Source: Girardia tigrina (Eukaryota). From it: a stretch of DNA of 55,094 nucleotides. The notes below the pieces were generated by a model. It did not search any database. It was given only the letters and a program-made list of their open reading frames with translations, and was not told the DNA's origin. Numbering within the stretch: position 1 is the first letter of the stretch; each line of letters begins with the position of its first letter. Position numbers and translations under genes: made by a program. The stretch lies in the NCBI GenBank assembly GCA_001938485.1, contig MQRK01252713.1, forward strand, positions 1 to 55,094, read 5' to 3'. This document shows, in pieces, positions 1-12,122 of this stretch.

Positions 1-376
1 CACTTTTGTCTGTGTCATTTCTATCGGATGCCATATTGAAAAATCCAGAAAACTTTTAATTAAATTTTCGATGCCATGGCACCGGTACCGGTACAGAATT
101 AAAGGCGATATTTTTGTGATACCAGGATGTACCCATCTCACCAATGAGATATATCCCTGAGGTGGGTCAAATTGTTGGACCAAATTGCAAATTCAAAAAT
201 GTTATGCAAAAAACTTTTTTTAATGCTTTTTTATTATAAACTATTGTCTTGGGCAACATCCAAATAACTAAATTTACCAAAAAAACGTTTTCGAAAGATG
301 TAATTGTAATAAATGGAAGGAATTTTAAAATTTGAGATTAATTATTAATCCATTTGTATCGATCACAGGTTGTGGG

Positions 377-898
377 TAAGGCTGTCAACGGGTACCCAGG
401 TACCCGGGTACCCGCCAGTTGTTTCATGCCCGGGCACTGAAAGCAGTTTTCGGGTAGCCGTTTGGGTCTGAATTAACGCAGAATGTACAATTTAACTAGC
501 AAATATATAAGAAATCCGTTAATCAGAATAGGTTTTTGCTGGTGTTTAAGTTATAATATAATATTATTTTAATTAAATTTTAGTACTAATTTATAACATA
601 ATCGCTGTTATAGAATTAGTATTTTTTTAATTCGATAAACGCTGGACATTTATGACTATCCCTTTTTAAATTCCTCATCATTAATAAGTCACGGAAATGT
701 GACTTAATTAAGTAAAATTTAAATCAATCTCCAAAAAGCAGTCCAAATTGATCTTTCCAATGTGTTGTCTTGTATTAATTGTTTATATTATTTTATTTGA
801 TGATGCTGGTTATTAAGGCTGTCAACCGGTACCCGGGTACCCGCTCTGGAGGTCAACGAGTACCTGGGCATACGTAATGAACAATTTTGACAGCCTTA
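377..898. mobile_element. Non-autonomous hAT-type MITE
   Basis: 12-bp TIRs TAAGGCTGTCAA (377-388) and TTGACAGCCTTA (887-898), with a perfect 8-bp TSD GTTGTGGG (369-376, 899-906). Subterminal GGGTACCC repeats. A second left TIR lies internally at 814. Confidence 0.85.
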
Positions 899-1654
899 GT
901 TGTGGGATGTAATATTATATATCGATCTTTACTCAAAATGTATGTAAAGTTAAATTTGGTTACAACAATAAAGGGAACTTATTTGGGCCCTAGAGAAATA
1001 GATCCACTTGATGCTTGCTGTAAAGAGAAAAAATCATATCAGTTTATAAAAGAATTCGTTGAAGTAGATTTTGAAGTAACCAGTGAAAAATTAAGTGCCA
1101 TTTTAATAATAATTTCATAATAATATAAATAAAATCTTAATCAAGTTAAGCTCCAATCGTATTACTCTCGTGTAATTGGATAAAAAAATAAATTGTAATA
1201 CATAAAAACTTTGTTTGAATAAACAGTAAATGAGAAATAAAAAGCGTGATGTTTAAAAACAATTCGAAAAGTGTGAAAATGTCTATGTAAAAATTTATGG
1301 GTGTTTAACAATAAAACATAGTTCATTATTCATGATGTTTTTGCTCTGAGTCAATCTGCGTCTCGACCGATGTTATTATCGTCTATTAGGCAGTACGGAA
1401 TCACGATTGAATTATATGTGGTGATCGTGGACACATTATTCGAGCCCCACAATTGATATTGATTTAGGGTTGTAATATATACGGGATATTTCATTCCACC
1501 ATTGAAAATTCTACTTACAAATGATAGAAATATTCCAAAATACATCAGAATGTTTGAGATAGTATTCCCAAACGGCTTTCAAATGTCATCCATTAAAGTA
1601 CTTTAAAAGCTAAATAATTTAATATAATTCACTTATCTTTCTCATACAATAGTG

Positions 1655-1975
1655 CTACAGGAGAAATATCACATGGAAAGAAAATAGGACAAACGACTTT
1701 GTCTGGAAGTGAGCGACAGAAATATTACATGAAAGCCTGAAATGATTATAAGAGGCAATCAAGAGAATAAAGATGAAATTTTACGAATTTCAGATATCAA
1801 AAGAAGCGTTAGTGATGGTTTTGATTGAAGAAAGAGTGGAATGAGAAAGACCAAACAAATAATGGGAAGATGACTAAAAGGAATAGATTGGATGCCGCTG
1901 CAAAAATGATTTTACATAATTGGATACATTCATGGTCAAACGGTTAAGATTCTACAAAAAAGGAGAAAAAGAAGT
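1655..1975 (+). mobile_element. RTE-clade non-LTR retrotransposon 3' end remnant
   Basis: Degenerate match to the RTE ORF C-terminus (YRR..I.W.E.RT), ending in an AAG-rich tail. Clearly similar to 33440-33830. Confidence 0.6.
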
Positions 1976-2619
1976 TTTAAACATTAAAAAAATCAAAAAT
2001 TATTAACGAATATCATTTTGTTAGGAATAATGAAAAACTTGCTAAATATTACTATAAATAAATAAATAAATATTTGATCTGTTCATTTAATGACACAATT
2101 AAAATCGGTTTACATAGAGAACGATGTTATTAATAATTGATATGATTATATTTCGTATTCACATGTTCGAAGCCTTATTACGTGAAACAAGACACAAAAA
2201 ACGGTAATAATGTATAAATTATAACATATAAACATCATTAATAATACAGAAAACCGAAACTGAATTCCATTGAATGATTGATGAGTTTTCATTAACTATT
2301 ATTTTTGTTTTCCAACAATATTTTAATGAAATTATAAACAGGAAGCGGGGAAATCAAAGAATTTTATATTTATTTTTATAAAATAATATTTAGATTAATT
2401 GTCCGGAAATATTGAAACGAGCTACAGTTTGCTTTTTTTACAAAGAAAACAAATCATTTCTATAAAATTTTATTTCTTTTTTTGATATTTTTTTATAATA
2501 AACGGATCTTAAGGATATAATTTTCCTTTTGACAATTAGAAAGAAACACAATTTTAACAAAATAATAATTTTAATTATTATAAAAATTATTAATAGTAAA
2601 ATTTAAACGCTTTCGTTAC

Positions 2620-2900
2620 CCTAACAAGGGTTATAAAGGTCTTCTCTCAATTTCTTTTTGAGAATGATGAGTGATTAAACAAAATAATTCAGTAAAAATA
2701 ATTATACATAATTAATCAATAATTTATAATTAATCAATAATTAAATAATTAATATTGTTCAAAATATTTTTTATTTAATTTTGTCAAAATTATCGTTAAT
2801 AAATTAAATATGGTTAATATTCTATTATTTCAAGACTTATTTATCTTTATCTTCATATTCTCGGATTTTTTAATAATTTCTTTCAAATGTTTCTGTTCAA
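2620..2900 (-). pseudogene. Degenerate copy of the HTH-protein repeat unit
   Basis: 2779-2860 aligns by eye to 5480-5560 (peptides EDKD, KSLEIIE, INDN), with frameshifts and stops. Confidence 0.45.
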
Positions 2901-2960
2901 AAAATTATTTTTTTACTATTTTTATCATTTGATAGAATAATATCAGAAAAAAATTAAAAT

Positions 2961-4192
2961 AAGTATAATCATACCAAAAAAAATTTCGGTGTACAAGCTT
3001 TTATAATTTGTCATATGTTTGCGGTTCTGTATCTATTTCACCCACTTTCCACATTTTTGGACTGAATTATCAAAGCCTACTAGTGTTGAGTGTTAATTGT
3101 GTTTTATTCTATTCAAGAAGAAAAGTATGGTTTTATTTATAAAATTTATTTTGTATGTACAATTTATTACAATTTTTAATAAGCTAAAGATGTTAAAAGA
3201 ACAGAGTTTATTTGGCCCCTGGTCGATTTTATATTTAAACTTCGAGAGTCTTTAGTGACAACTTGAATAAATGTATTTGAAAAGTTTAGAACGTACTTTC
3301 CAGCACGTTTATATATTTATATATATATATAATTGATACGATAAATTTAAAAATCGAAAATCTTTTTCAAAAAATTACTTTTTTTAAAAGAAATTCTTTA
3401 CACTATTTCAGTGCTATTAAATATTTGTCAAAACTTTTCAGTTTATTTTTTATTATTTTTTGTGTTGTATTTTATTTCTATTTATATTTAAAATCTGATC
3501 CGATGTTTATCCGAGAGCAGACCATTGGATTTTAAAATAACTTAAAATGTTTTAAAATAATTTAATAATGCATGATCGGATGTTTATATTATCAGATCAA
3601 TGCATATCTCGGATATCAAAAATAATTTAAAATGTTTTAAAATAATTTAATAATGTATGATAGGATGTTTATATCATCAGATCAATGTATTTTAAAATTT
3701 CAATTAAATTAAAAAAGGTCAAATAATAATTTTCTCTGACCATTATATTAATTAATTTTATTTTCTATTTTTATTTAATATTAATTAAACTTTTTATTTT
3801 ATTTTTTATACATCTTGTCTTTTTTTAAGAAACAAATATTGCATTTATGAAAAATATAAATACTTACTAATATTTATTAATTTAAATATACATACTAAAA
3901 TATAAATTTTAAAATATTACCTCAACACTAGGTGAAAACCCGCTCTCTATTTGCATTTAGATGTAGCAAATTTCAAAGCCTACTACTGAGGAAAACATGA
4001 GAACGACACTTTAATTACTTTTTGCGGCCAAACTAAAGGCGGTAGATGAGCAGTGACAGTGAAAAAGTGTATTGTCACCTAGAATACATCCATCCTGAAA
4101 GTTTCATGTCGCTAGGTGAACGGGAAGTGGGTGAATTTTCGATCGCAAGATTTGATGCATCCAGACAAATGAAACGTAATAAAAGCTTGTAA
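2961..4192 (-). mobile_element. DINE-1/HINE-like (Helentron-associated) non-autonomous element, interrupted by an insertion
   Basis: Highly similar to 11730-12122. Subterminal inverted repeats ACAAGCTTTTAT/ATAAAAGCTTGT, a short GTCT/GTTT microsatellite near the 5' end and a hairpin near the 3' end (2971-2992). Confidence 0.65.
3084..3927. mobile_element. Solo-LTR-like insertion (TG...CA) inside the DINE-1-like element
   Basis: Termini TGTTGAG...CTCAACA flanked by CTAG on both sides. The paralogous copy at ~11850 has a single CTAG (empty site). Internal tandem duplication of ~70-85 bp at ~3535-3690. The palindromic TSD also allows a TA-TSD MITE reading. Confidence 0.65.
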
Positions 4193-5046
4193 TAAGTCGA
4201 ATTAGAAAAGACAATTTATTTTTTCTTATTTTGATATAAAATTAAAATTTTAGAAATTAAAAAGATTAAAATGATTATTATTATTACGTTTCACAATAAC
4301 TTATAAATTTTAACCTTTAACCTTAAGAAAACCAAAAAAATAAAATACATTTTTCAAAGAATAAAAATTAGTTATTAAAATTTTATTTTATAATAAAATA
4401 TCAATTGATATAAAAACGGAGATTGATACAATAAAAAGTAAAATACATAGAAATTTTGTNNNNNNNNNNNNNNNNNNNNNNNNNNNNNNNNNNNNNNNNN
4501 NNNNNNNNNNNNNNNNNNNNNNNNNNNNNNNNNNNNNNNNNNNNNNNNNNNNNNNNNNNNNNNNNNNNNNNNNNNNNNNNNNNNNNNNNNNNNNNNNNNN
4601 NNNNNNNNNNNNNNNNNNNNNNNNNNNNNNNNNNNNNNNNNNNNNNNNNNNNNNNNNNNNNNNNNNNNNNNNNNNNNNNNNNNNNNNNNNNNNNNNNNNN
4701 NNNNNNNNNNNNNNNNNNNNNNNNNNNNNNNNNNNNNNNNNNNNNNNNNNNNNNNNNNNNNNNNNNNNNNNNNNNNNNNNNNNNNNNNNNNNNNNNNNNN
4801 NNNNNNNNNNNNNNNNNNNNNNNNNNNNNNNNNNNNNNNNNNNNNNNNNNNNNNNNNNNNNNNNNNNNNNNNNNNNNNNNNNNNNNNNNNNNNNNNNNNN
4901 NNNNNNNNNNNNNNNNNNNNNNNNNNNNNNNNNNNNNNNNNNNNNNNNNNNNNNNNNNNNNNNNNNNNNNNNNNNNNNNNNNNNNNNNNNNNNNNNNNNN
5001 NNNNNNNNNNNNNNNNNNNNNNNNNNNNNNNNNNNNNNNNNNNNNN

Positions 5047-6047
5047 GAATTGTTAATAATTTCTTGAACCTCAATCGTATCTGTATTTATTTGTTTTTCG
5101 TTTATTTCATGAGAAGAATCGTCTTCGGAATTATTTATATTTTTTGAAGTTTCGGACTTTCTTGAACTATTTATCCAATAATGTACAGCTGGAACAGTTA
5201 CATTAAACAATTTCGATATTTCGGTTTGTGATTTTCCTTCTTTGTAAAGTTTTATTGCTTCAATTCGATCTTGATGACTTAATTTGCGTTTTCTTTGTTT
5301 TAATTGAATTGTTTTAATTGTTTGATTGATAAATGAATTATTTTTATTAAAAATAATATCTTCTTTTTTACCTTCTTTTGAATTACACTCTAAAGAATTA
5401 TTTGTACCATTCTCTTCCATTTCAACATCCTCTGATAAATCTATTAAATTAATATCGTTTGAAATATTTTCATTATTTAATTCTGTCAAATTATCGTTAA
5501 TATTGTTTGAATGAGATTCTTCGATTATTTCGAGACTCTTTTCTTCGTCTTTATCTTCTTTATTATTATTTAAACAATCTTTATTTATATTTTCTAATTT
5601 TTCAATAACTACTTGAACTTCCATAAAATTTGTTAATATTTCTTTTTTATTTACTTTATGAGAACCGTCTTCGGAATTATTTATATTTTTTGGAGTTTCG
5701 GTCTGTTTCAAACCTTTTATCCAATAATGTACACATGCAACAGTTACATTAAACAATTTCGATATTTCCGTCAGTGATTTTCTTTCTTTGTGAAGTTTTA
5801 TTGCTTCGATTCGATCTTGATGACTTATATGATATTTTGATCGTTTTAATGGAGTTGTTTTAATTGTTTCATTCAAAGGATCTTTTTTTTGTTCGATAGA
5901 AGAATCAGTTTTATTAATTAAATATTTGACAATATGTTCTCCTAAACCGAGAGATTTTCCAATTTCTTCGAAATTTTTACCTTCGTCAAACATTTCTCGA
6001 GCTTTGATCTCAGCACTTGATCCACTTTTATTTTCAGAATTGTCCAT
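5047..6047 (-). CDS. Tandem helix-turn-helix repeat protein (transposase-type/psq-like DNA-binding modules), truncated by assembly gap 4460-5046
   Basis: Uninterrupted 333-codon ORF from the ATG at 6047. Two near-identical modules SHQDRIEAIKL..E.KS.TEISKLFNVTV..VHYWI lie 182 aa (546 bp) apart, plus a divergent N-terminal HTH (AREMFDEGKNFEEIGKSLGLGEHIVKYLI). Linkers are Asn/Glu-rich. Confidence 0.75.
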
Positions 6048-9000
6048 GATTAAGTTTTTTATATAGATGAATGTAATTTAAAAACATTAATATATGATAA
6101 CATTTAAAATTTAAATTATATTTTCCTGAAATTTTATTGGATTAAATATTTTTAAAAAATTAATTTACTAAAATGGAAAAATATTTAACGAAAATTTTTA
6201 TTTTAGTGAATTAAGTTTTGATTCTGTAAAATTTATCGAATTTTATTAATATTATCAGGAAATAATTATCGTTTTAATTAATCTAATTAATAATATTTTA
6301 GTTCCTTAAAAGATTTTACTCATATTTTATATTACATAAAGAAATTATTCTTATTAAACTCATCCATTAAAAAATATATATTTAAAGACAATATTTTTCA
6401 ACTTTAAAAATGCAAGTATTATTTTTAAATTGTACTTTAAATTCGTCGTATAATTTAAGGTTTATTTATTTTTAAAATAATATTAAATTTTTTCATAGTA
6501 TAATAAAATACTTTTACGCATATTTAATTTTTATTAGTCATATTCAAAATTTAATTACATATTTTATACAATTCGATTTAAATATTGACTTATTTTTAAA
6601 ATTTAACTTTAACGACTTAATTTTTTTTAACAATATTTTTTTGACATATTATTTACTTTTTATATAAATCTTTTTATTTAGAATAAAATATTCAAATTAA
6701 ATTGTGAATTAAATGTTTGTGTCTATAATTGTAATTATTATCATGAGGAAATAGTTTATTTCTCGGATAATTTGGTATTAAAATATTTTAATTAATTTGA
6801 GTTTGTTTTAAAAATTTAAAATATTCAACCGATTTATAAAAGTCAAATTAAATGATATTAGTTTTTCAAAATATTTTAAAAAAGCAGAATAATACAATTT
6901 GGAAAAACTTGTAAAATTTTAAATAGCAGTGAAATTTAAAATGAAAGTGGTATAATTGTTTATTAATGGAAATTTAATTTATTGTTTCGTAGAAATTAAA
7001 ACTTTTATTATGGAGGATGATCTAAGCAAAACTAATAATATAGATTATTTTAGGTGTACAGAACTAAAGTTGAAAGAAAATAATTAAAGTAAACACTTTA
7101 AAATATTATTATTAAATCATAAAAAAATATTTTTTAAAAAACATTATAATAAAAATTAAAATATTATAATGTTAATTTATTAAAACTGTAAATGAAAAAA
7201 ATTATGAAAATAATAAATATTTTATTAAGAAAATTAAGGTGAAATTAAAAAAATAGTAATGTTTAACTATCAGTGAAATGAAATTGAAAAATCTTTAAAT
7301 TATGCTAAATAAATAGATGATTAAATAATTAAAAATTTGTTAAATTTTAATATATTGAACATTAAATAAAAGGTTTTAAATGGATATATACAAATTAAAT
7401 ATGATATTTGATGTATTAAAATTAGGTTTTAGTATTGACAATTTGGGATTCGCTATTTAAAGTTAAATATTAATAAAATAAATATAATTTTTCAAAAAGA
7501 ATTGTTGTTTAAGTTAATTAAATTTTAAGAGTTAAAAATTTAATACTTTGAAATAAATATTTTTATTTCTAAAATTATTAGAATATTTTAAGATAAATAA
7601 AATATTAGTTAAATTATTGAAATTGGCGAAATGATTAATAATTAAAGAAAAGAGTGAAAATTTGTGTATAAAAGAAATTATAAAATTGTGTTATTTATTA
7701 ACTCAAATATTTATATAACAATTGTTATTATCTTTTTTTTTAAATTATTATGTTTAAGTTTCTTTTTATTTTAAAAATTAAATATTTTCTTCAAAATCAT
7801 AAATATTCTGCTTTAATTTTTTCAACAAACAAAACTTTCAATATATTAAAATTTGATTAATTTAAATATAATAAAATTGTAATAATAAACTTATAAAATT
7901 AATGATTTTTAATATAATTTTCTAATAAATCTTTACTATTGTTAAAAATGTTTATATTACTAAACAATTTAATAATCGAATTATTTAAAATCCTCAATTA
8001 TCTCAGTGAAAATGAAATTACGAAATTCATAATTTAGCTATTTTATCATTCAATTCTAAGGGAAGAATTAGCTATAATAAGATTTTTTATTTATAAGATC
8101 TACTGAATTTGTTTTTTATCCCCCGAAAAAAAATTGTCAACATTTTTTACTGAACTCTAAACAATCGATTTCTTACGGTTTCTTCTGTTTCATGGTACTT
8201 TTAGACTATTTGATTAACTCTTACCCCTATATAACATCAAAGTGGTTGAATCCCAAAAGTAAATCGAAGTTATCATTAAAGAAATCTAAAATTATCATAT
8301 CTTTTACCGTAATATATTTTTACCGTTTTTTTAGAAATATTTACAAAATTATAAACCGATAATGAGGAAGAACATGTAAGTACCTAGTAAAGAAAATGAG
8401 GATATAAAATAATAATATATAAAAAAATAATACGTGTTCTGGCCCACTAGAATTGGTGATAATTTTTATTATAATAAGAGTCTTTTCTTCAAATAGAGAA
8501 CAATAAGCTTCAGTGATCTTGAGGGTGTGAAAGAGTACACATGAATTGGATTGAAGACCGCAATTGATAGAACAAAAAAGTTATAATTTTATTTAAATCT
8601 TTTTAATTAATTTTTTTAATCTAAATTTTAATGATCGTTAAACTATGCATAAATACGTGATTATAATAATTAAATAATTATATGTAGATACGTGACTAAA
8701 CTATATTTTATTATATCGGCCACCTGTCTGAAAGTAACCTTTACATCATGCTTCACCAGTGTGGACTGATCAACATTGTATATATAAATTGCATATATAA
8801 AGCTCGATATAGACGCGAATATAGATATGAAAGAGACGAAAGGAACCACAGTTGTTAAGCAATCTTAAATGACAATAGTTCTCAACTTTCCTGGCAGGAT
8901 ATAAGAAGAGACAAAATTACAGAAGAAAGCCAGCGACAAAATATAAAATACCCACAAACATCTTGGCAATAAAAACAGAATTTTTGTGAAAGTTTTCATT

Positions 9001-9360
9001 CAGAAACATTCAACCAATTTATTTTGTCAAAAATTATTCCATAAATTAGGGTAAAATATTTGTTGAAAAGCAATTTTTATATAATCATTTAATTTTTAAT
9101 CCTAATTATTTAAAATAAAGGTTTAAGGTGGTTTATTCATGTACCAATTTCTTGAACCTGACCCCTCCTCCGAGATGTACCCTCGAGAAGACATTACTAC
9201 AATACTTTTACCATCTTTAAAATTAGATTATCTTCATATTTCAAATCTTTTATTATTAATTTTTTTGTTAAAGAGAAACAAAAGAAAATCAATTCTAACA
9301 TCAAACAATATTTTATTATTATTTATCAATTATTTATATAAATAAATAAAAAAAAATCAC

Positions 9361-9567
9361 CTTAAAACAGTTAACGTAATTTTCGTTGACATTCAAAATC
9401 GTCAAATTACTATTTTGATTATTCATGGAAAAAATATTCTTATTGAGATTGCCCACCACGGTCCCAATTCGAACCTCTTCCAGGACCTTCAGTTCAATAT
9501 CATTCGACATAGTTTGCACAAATAACCGTCCCAAATAAAACACCAAAATAAAAAACAAATTATCCAT
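9361..9567 (-). CDS. First coding exon of a protocadherin/cadherin-superfamily gene
   Basis: ATG, hydrophobic signal peptide (MDNLFFILVFYLGRLFV), then the EC1 start motif IELKVLEEVRIGTVVGNL. Phase-0 donor AAG|GTGATT at 9361/9360. Downstream exons were not identified in the window. Confidence 0.75.
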
Positions 9568-9699
9568 AAATAAAACGTTTTCTAATCAAAATCGATGAAA
9601 TAAAAAATAAAAATCAATAATTTTCAAAATAAAAAAAAACGATTTCTGTCGGTTCTTTTGTGAAAATGGTTTTCAGAAAAGTGGTTTTGAAAACTCTTT

Positions 9700-9790
9700 G
9701 ATTCATGACCTACGTCACCCAATCCAATCCGAATAATAGTGAAATGTGATTGGTTGATTATTTACACCAATAGGAACCAATAGAAAACGT
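9700..9790 (-). promoter_or_regulatory. Putative proximal promoter of the cadherin-type gene
   Basis: CRE-like TACGTCA and about five CCAAT/ATTGG boxes clustered 140-220 bp upstream of the ATG. Confidence 0.4.
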
Positions 9791-10328
9791 TTATTTTCGA
9801 TATAGTAATTGATAGTAGTATATTCATAAAGTTGATAATTAACGAATTGTTTGTCACAAAAGAAGAACGGGGGGAACGGAAAGAAAAATAACTAAAAGAC
9901 AACCCGAAATAAATTCTTATTAATGCTTTATTTTCATTTTTACAAATGTATGGGGACTTGTAATTCAATTATCCCCTGTAAAGTTTCATTGACAACGTTG
10001 ATTGATTCCCAAATTACGATTTTAGGGTAATAAAACCGACAGGCCGTACAACTGTATCAGTTATTAATATATCCCAGATTCAGCTGCTATTTCATGTAAC
10101 GAGAGGCGAAGGTTAATTGGGATAAAAGTTATTTCAATAATTATGACTATTGCTTTCATTTTTGTTGTTTTTTCCCTTTCTGTCGAAAGAAACACGATCT
10201 GTTTTTCCTTCAAATCGGAATAATTACTTTTTGATTAGTTGTTGTCTTTTTGTCCTTCTAAGAATTCTTGGAAAAATAAAAAATTCGTTTTTTTTTATTA
10301 TTTTGTGACTTATTTCCCAGTTTTCATT

Positions 10329-10331
<3 letters not shown>

Positions 10332-10370
<39 letters not shown>
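10332..10370. repeat. (TA)n microsatellite (others at ~17440-17548, 18822-18860, 33905-33934, 37167-37188, 47060-47094, 50393-50434)
   Basis: Direct reading. Confidence 0.95.
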
Positions 10371-10373
<3 letters not shown>

Positions 10374-10379
10374 GCAAAA

Positions 10380-11130
10380 GCCAATAGCTAAATTCAGGTC
10401 AACTTGGAAAACGGACACCTCTGTATCAAAACAATGTGATGTTTTGCATTTTGTAGATGGCAATGAGACCTGTTCACTTGGAACTCCTTCCACCCGGTCA
10501 AATCATCCCTTCTAAAGTTTACAGCACACAATTAGACCGTGTTCAAGCCCCTTTGCGTGTTCGAGCTTTCGACACGACCCATGTTTATTTTCAAAAAGAC
10601 AACGCCAGACCTGATGTTTCACGCTGGACGCAATGTAACATCACAATTTTGATACAAATCACTTTGAGGAGTCGTTTTTCTAAGTTGACCTGGACTCAGC
10701 CATTTTTTTTACCATGCCACTTATCGTAGTCTACCCACTTATTATTGTACGTTAAAATCCATCGCCGTTCCCCACGGCTGAAGTTATGCAAAAGCCGAAA
10801 AGAATCGTTGATTCACCGAAATGGGCTTGGACTTTCTTTAGTACCCACTATATCTCCTAGACGTTTTCCCATTTGACTATAATCTTTTACGGTCACTAGA
10901 AGATTTCCTTCGTGAACAATGTTTCATTGAAGATAAATCCGTGGAACGGACTCTTCAAAAGTTTTTCGACCTGAAAACGCCAGAGTTTTACCGCCACGGA
11001 ATTTTCTTGGTACAGTCTCGTTGGAGACGAATAATATCGATAACACTAACACAAATGAACCCTTGTTATTGTAAGAATTTCGCTTTTAATAAAATGTTAA
11101 TTTACTGACAGAACTTTCATTCCACTCTAA
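10380..11130 (+). mobile_element. mariner (DD34D) transposase pseudogene, 3' half, with an inverted internal segment
   Basis: Peptides VHLELLPPGQII...YSTQLDRV and FQKDNARPD, then a degenerate YSPDLAP.D motif (YPLYLLDVFPFDYNLLRSL) and KTPEFYRHGI...SRW. 10633-10815 is an inverted copy of upstream transposase sequence, matching 10395-10450. Confidence 0.85.
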
Positions 11131-11729
11131 TTTTAAAGATATAACCATTTACCTTAATCTCGTATTTCTCACTCATTACTTTAGACTTGTTAAAGTAATT
11201 CATGGAACCCAATCCAGTAATAATGCTTCATTTCTACTATTTCTTCATTTCTTTTCAAACAGAATGGTACCTACCGCTTGTAGGGTTTGTGTGATATTGA
11301 TGTGTATCGTGCTTTTATAGAAAATACTTACTTAGGTTTTATAAAGCAAACATATTTTAAGCTAAAAGTTAAAAAAATATTACTCAAATTAAAACTGTTC
11401 AGGATTTTATTTTTATCACTACATCGTAATAGGAGTAACATAAACTTAATTTGTTTTTCGAATGGAAGAAAACAATCACACTAATATAAGTCCCAGAATT
11501 GTTTATTGCTTTAAGCATCTAATATAATATAAATCAAAAGCAACATATTCTTTAATCTTATAGCAAAAGACTACAATAACTTGAGACAGACAGAAATAAG
11601 ACATTGAGAGATTGTTTAACAACAAAATATAGATTATGTGTTTTAGAAATGACAGATTTCTGTTCTCATCTTTGTTATAAATGGAGAACATCAAGCTTTG
11701 AAAGAGACATTAAGAGCTAAGGCGTTAAT

Positions 11730-12122
11730 AAGTATAATCATACCAAAAATTTTTTTGGTGTATAAGCTTTTATAATTTGTCATATGTTTGCGGTTCTGTA
11801 TCTATTTCACCCAATTCCCACATTTTTTTGACTGAATTATCAAAGCCTACTAGGCGAAAGCCCGCTTTCTATTTGCATTTAGATGTAGCAAATTTCAAAG
11901 CCTACTACTGAGGAACATATGAGAACGACACTTTAATTACTTTTTGCGGCCAAACTAAAGGCGGTAGATGAGCATTGACAGTGAAAAAGTGTATTGTCAC
12001 CTAGAGTACATCAGTCGTGAAAGTTTCATGTCGCTAGGTGAACGGGAAGTGGGTGAATTTTCGATCGCAAGATTTGATGCATCCAGACAGACAAACAAAT
12101 GAAACGTAATAAAAGCTTGTAA
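11730..12122 (-). mobile_element. DINE-1/HINE-like element, uninterrupted copy
   Basis: Subterminal inverted repeats, GTTTGTCTGTCT microsatellite and a 3' hairpin ACCAAAAA-TT-TTTTTGGT. Second copy at 2961-4192. Confidence 0.7.

Noticed and set aside
975-1035. Minus-strand acceptor followed by QASSGSISLGPK as a possible second cadherin exon
   Set aside because: An in-frame stop follows after 12 codons and there is no DRE motif or convincing donor.
4388-5074. Long ORF-track entries containing X runs (also 13980-14570, 35833-36111, 37059-37328)
   Set aside because: Artefacts of N gaps.
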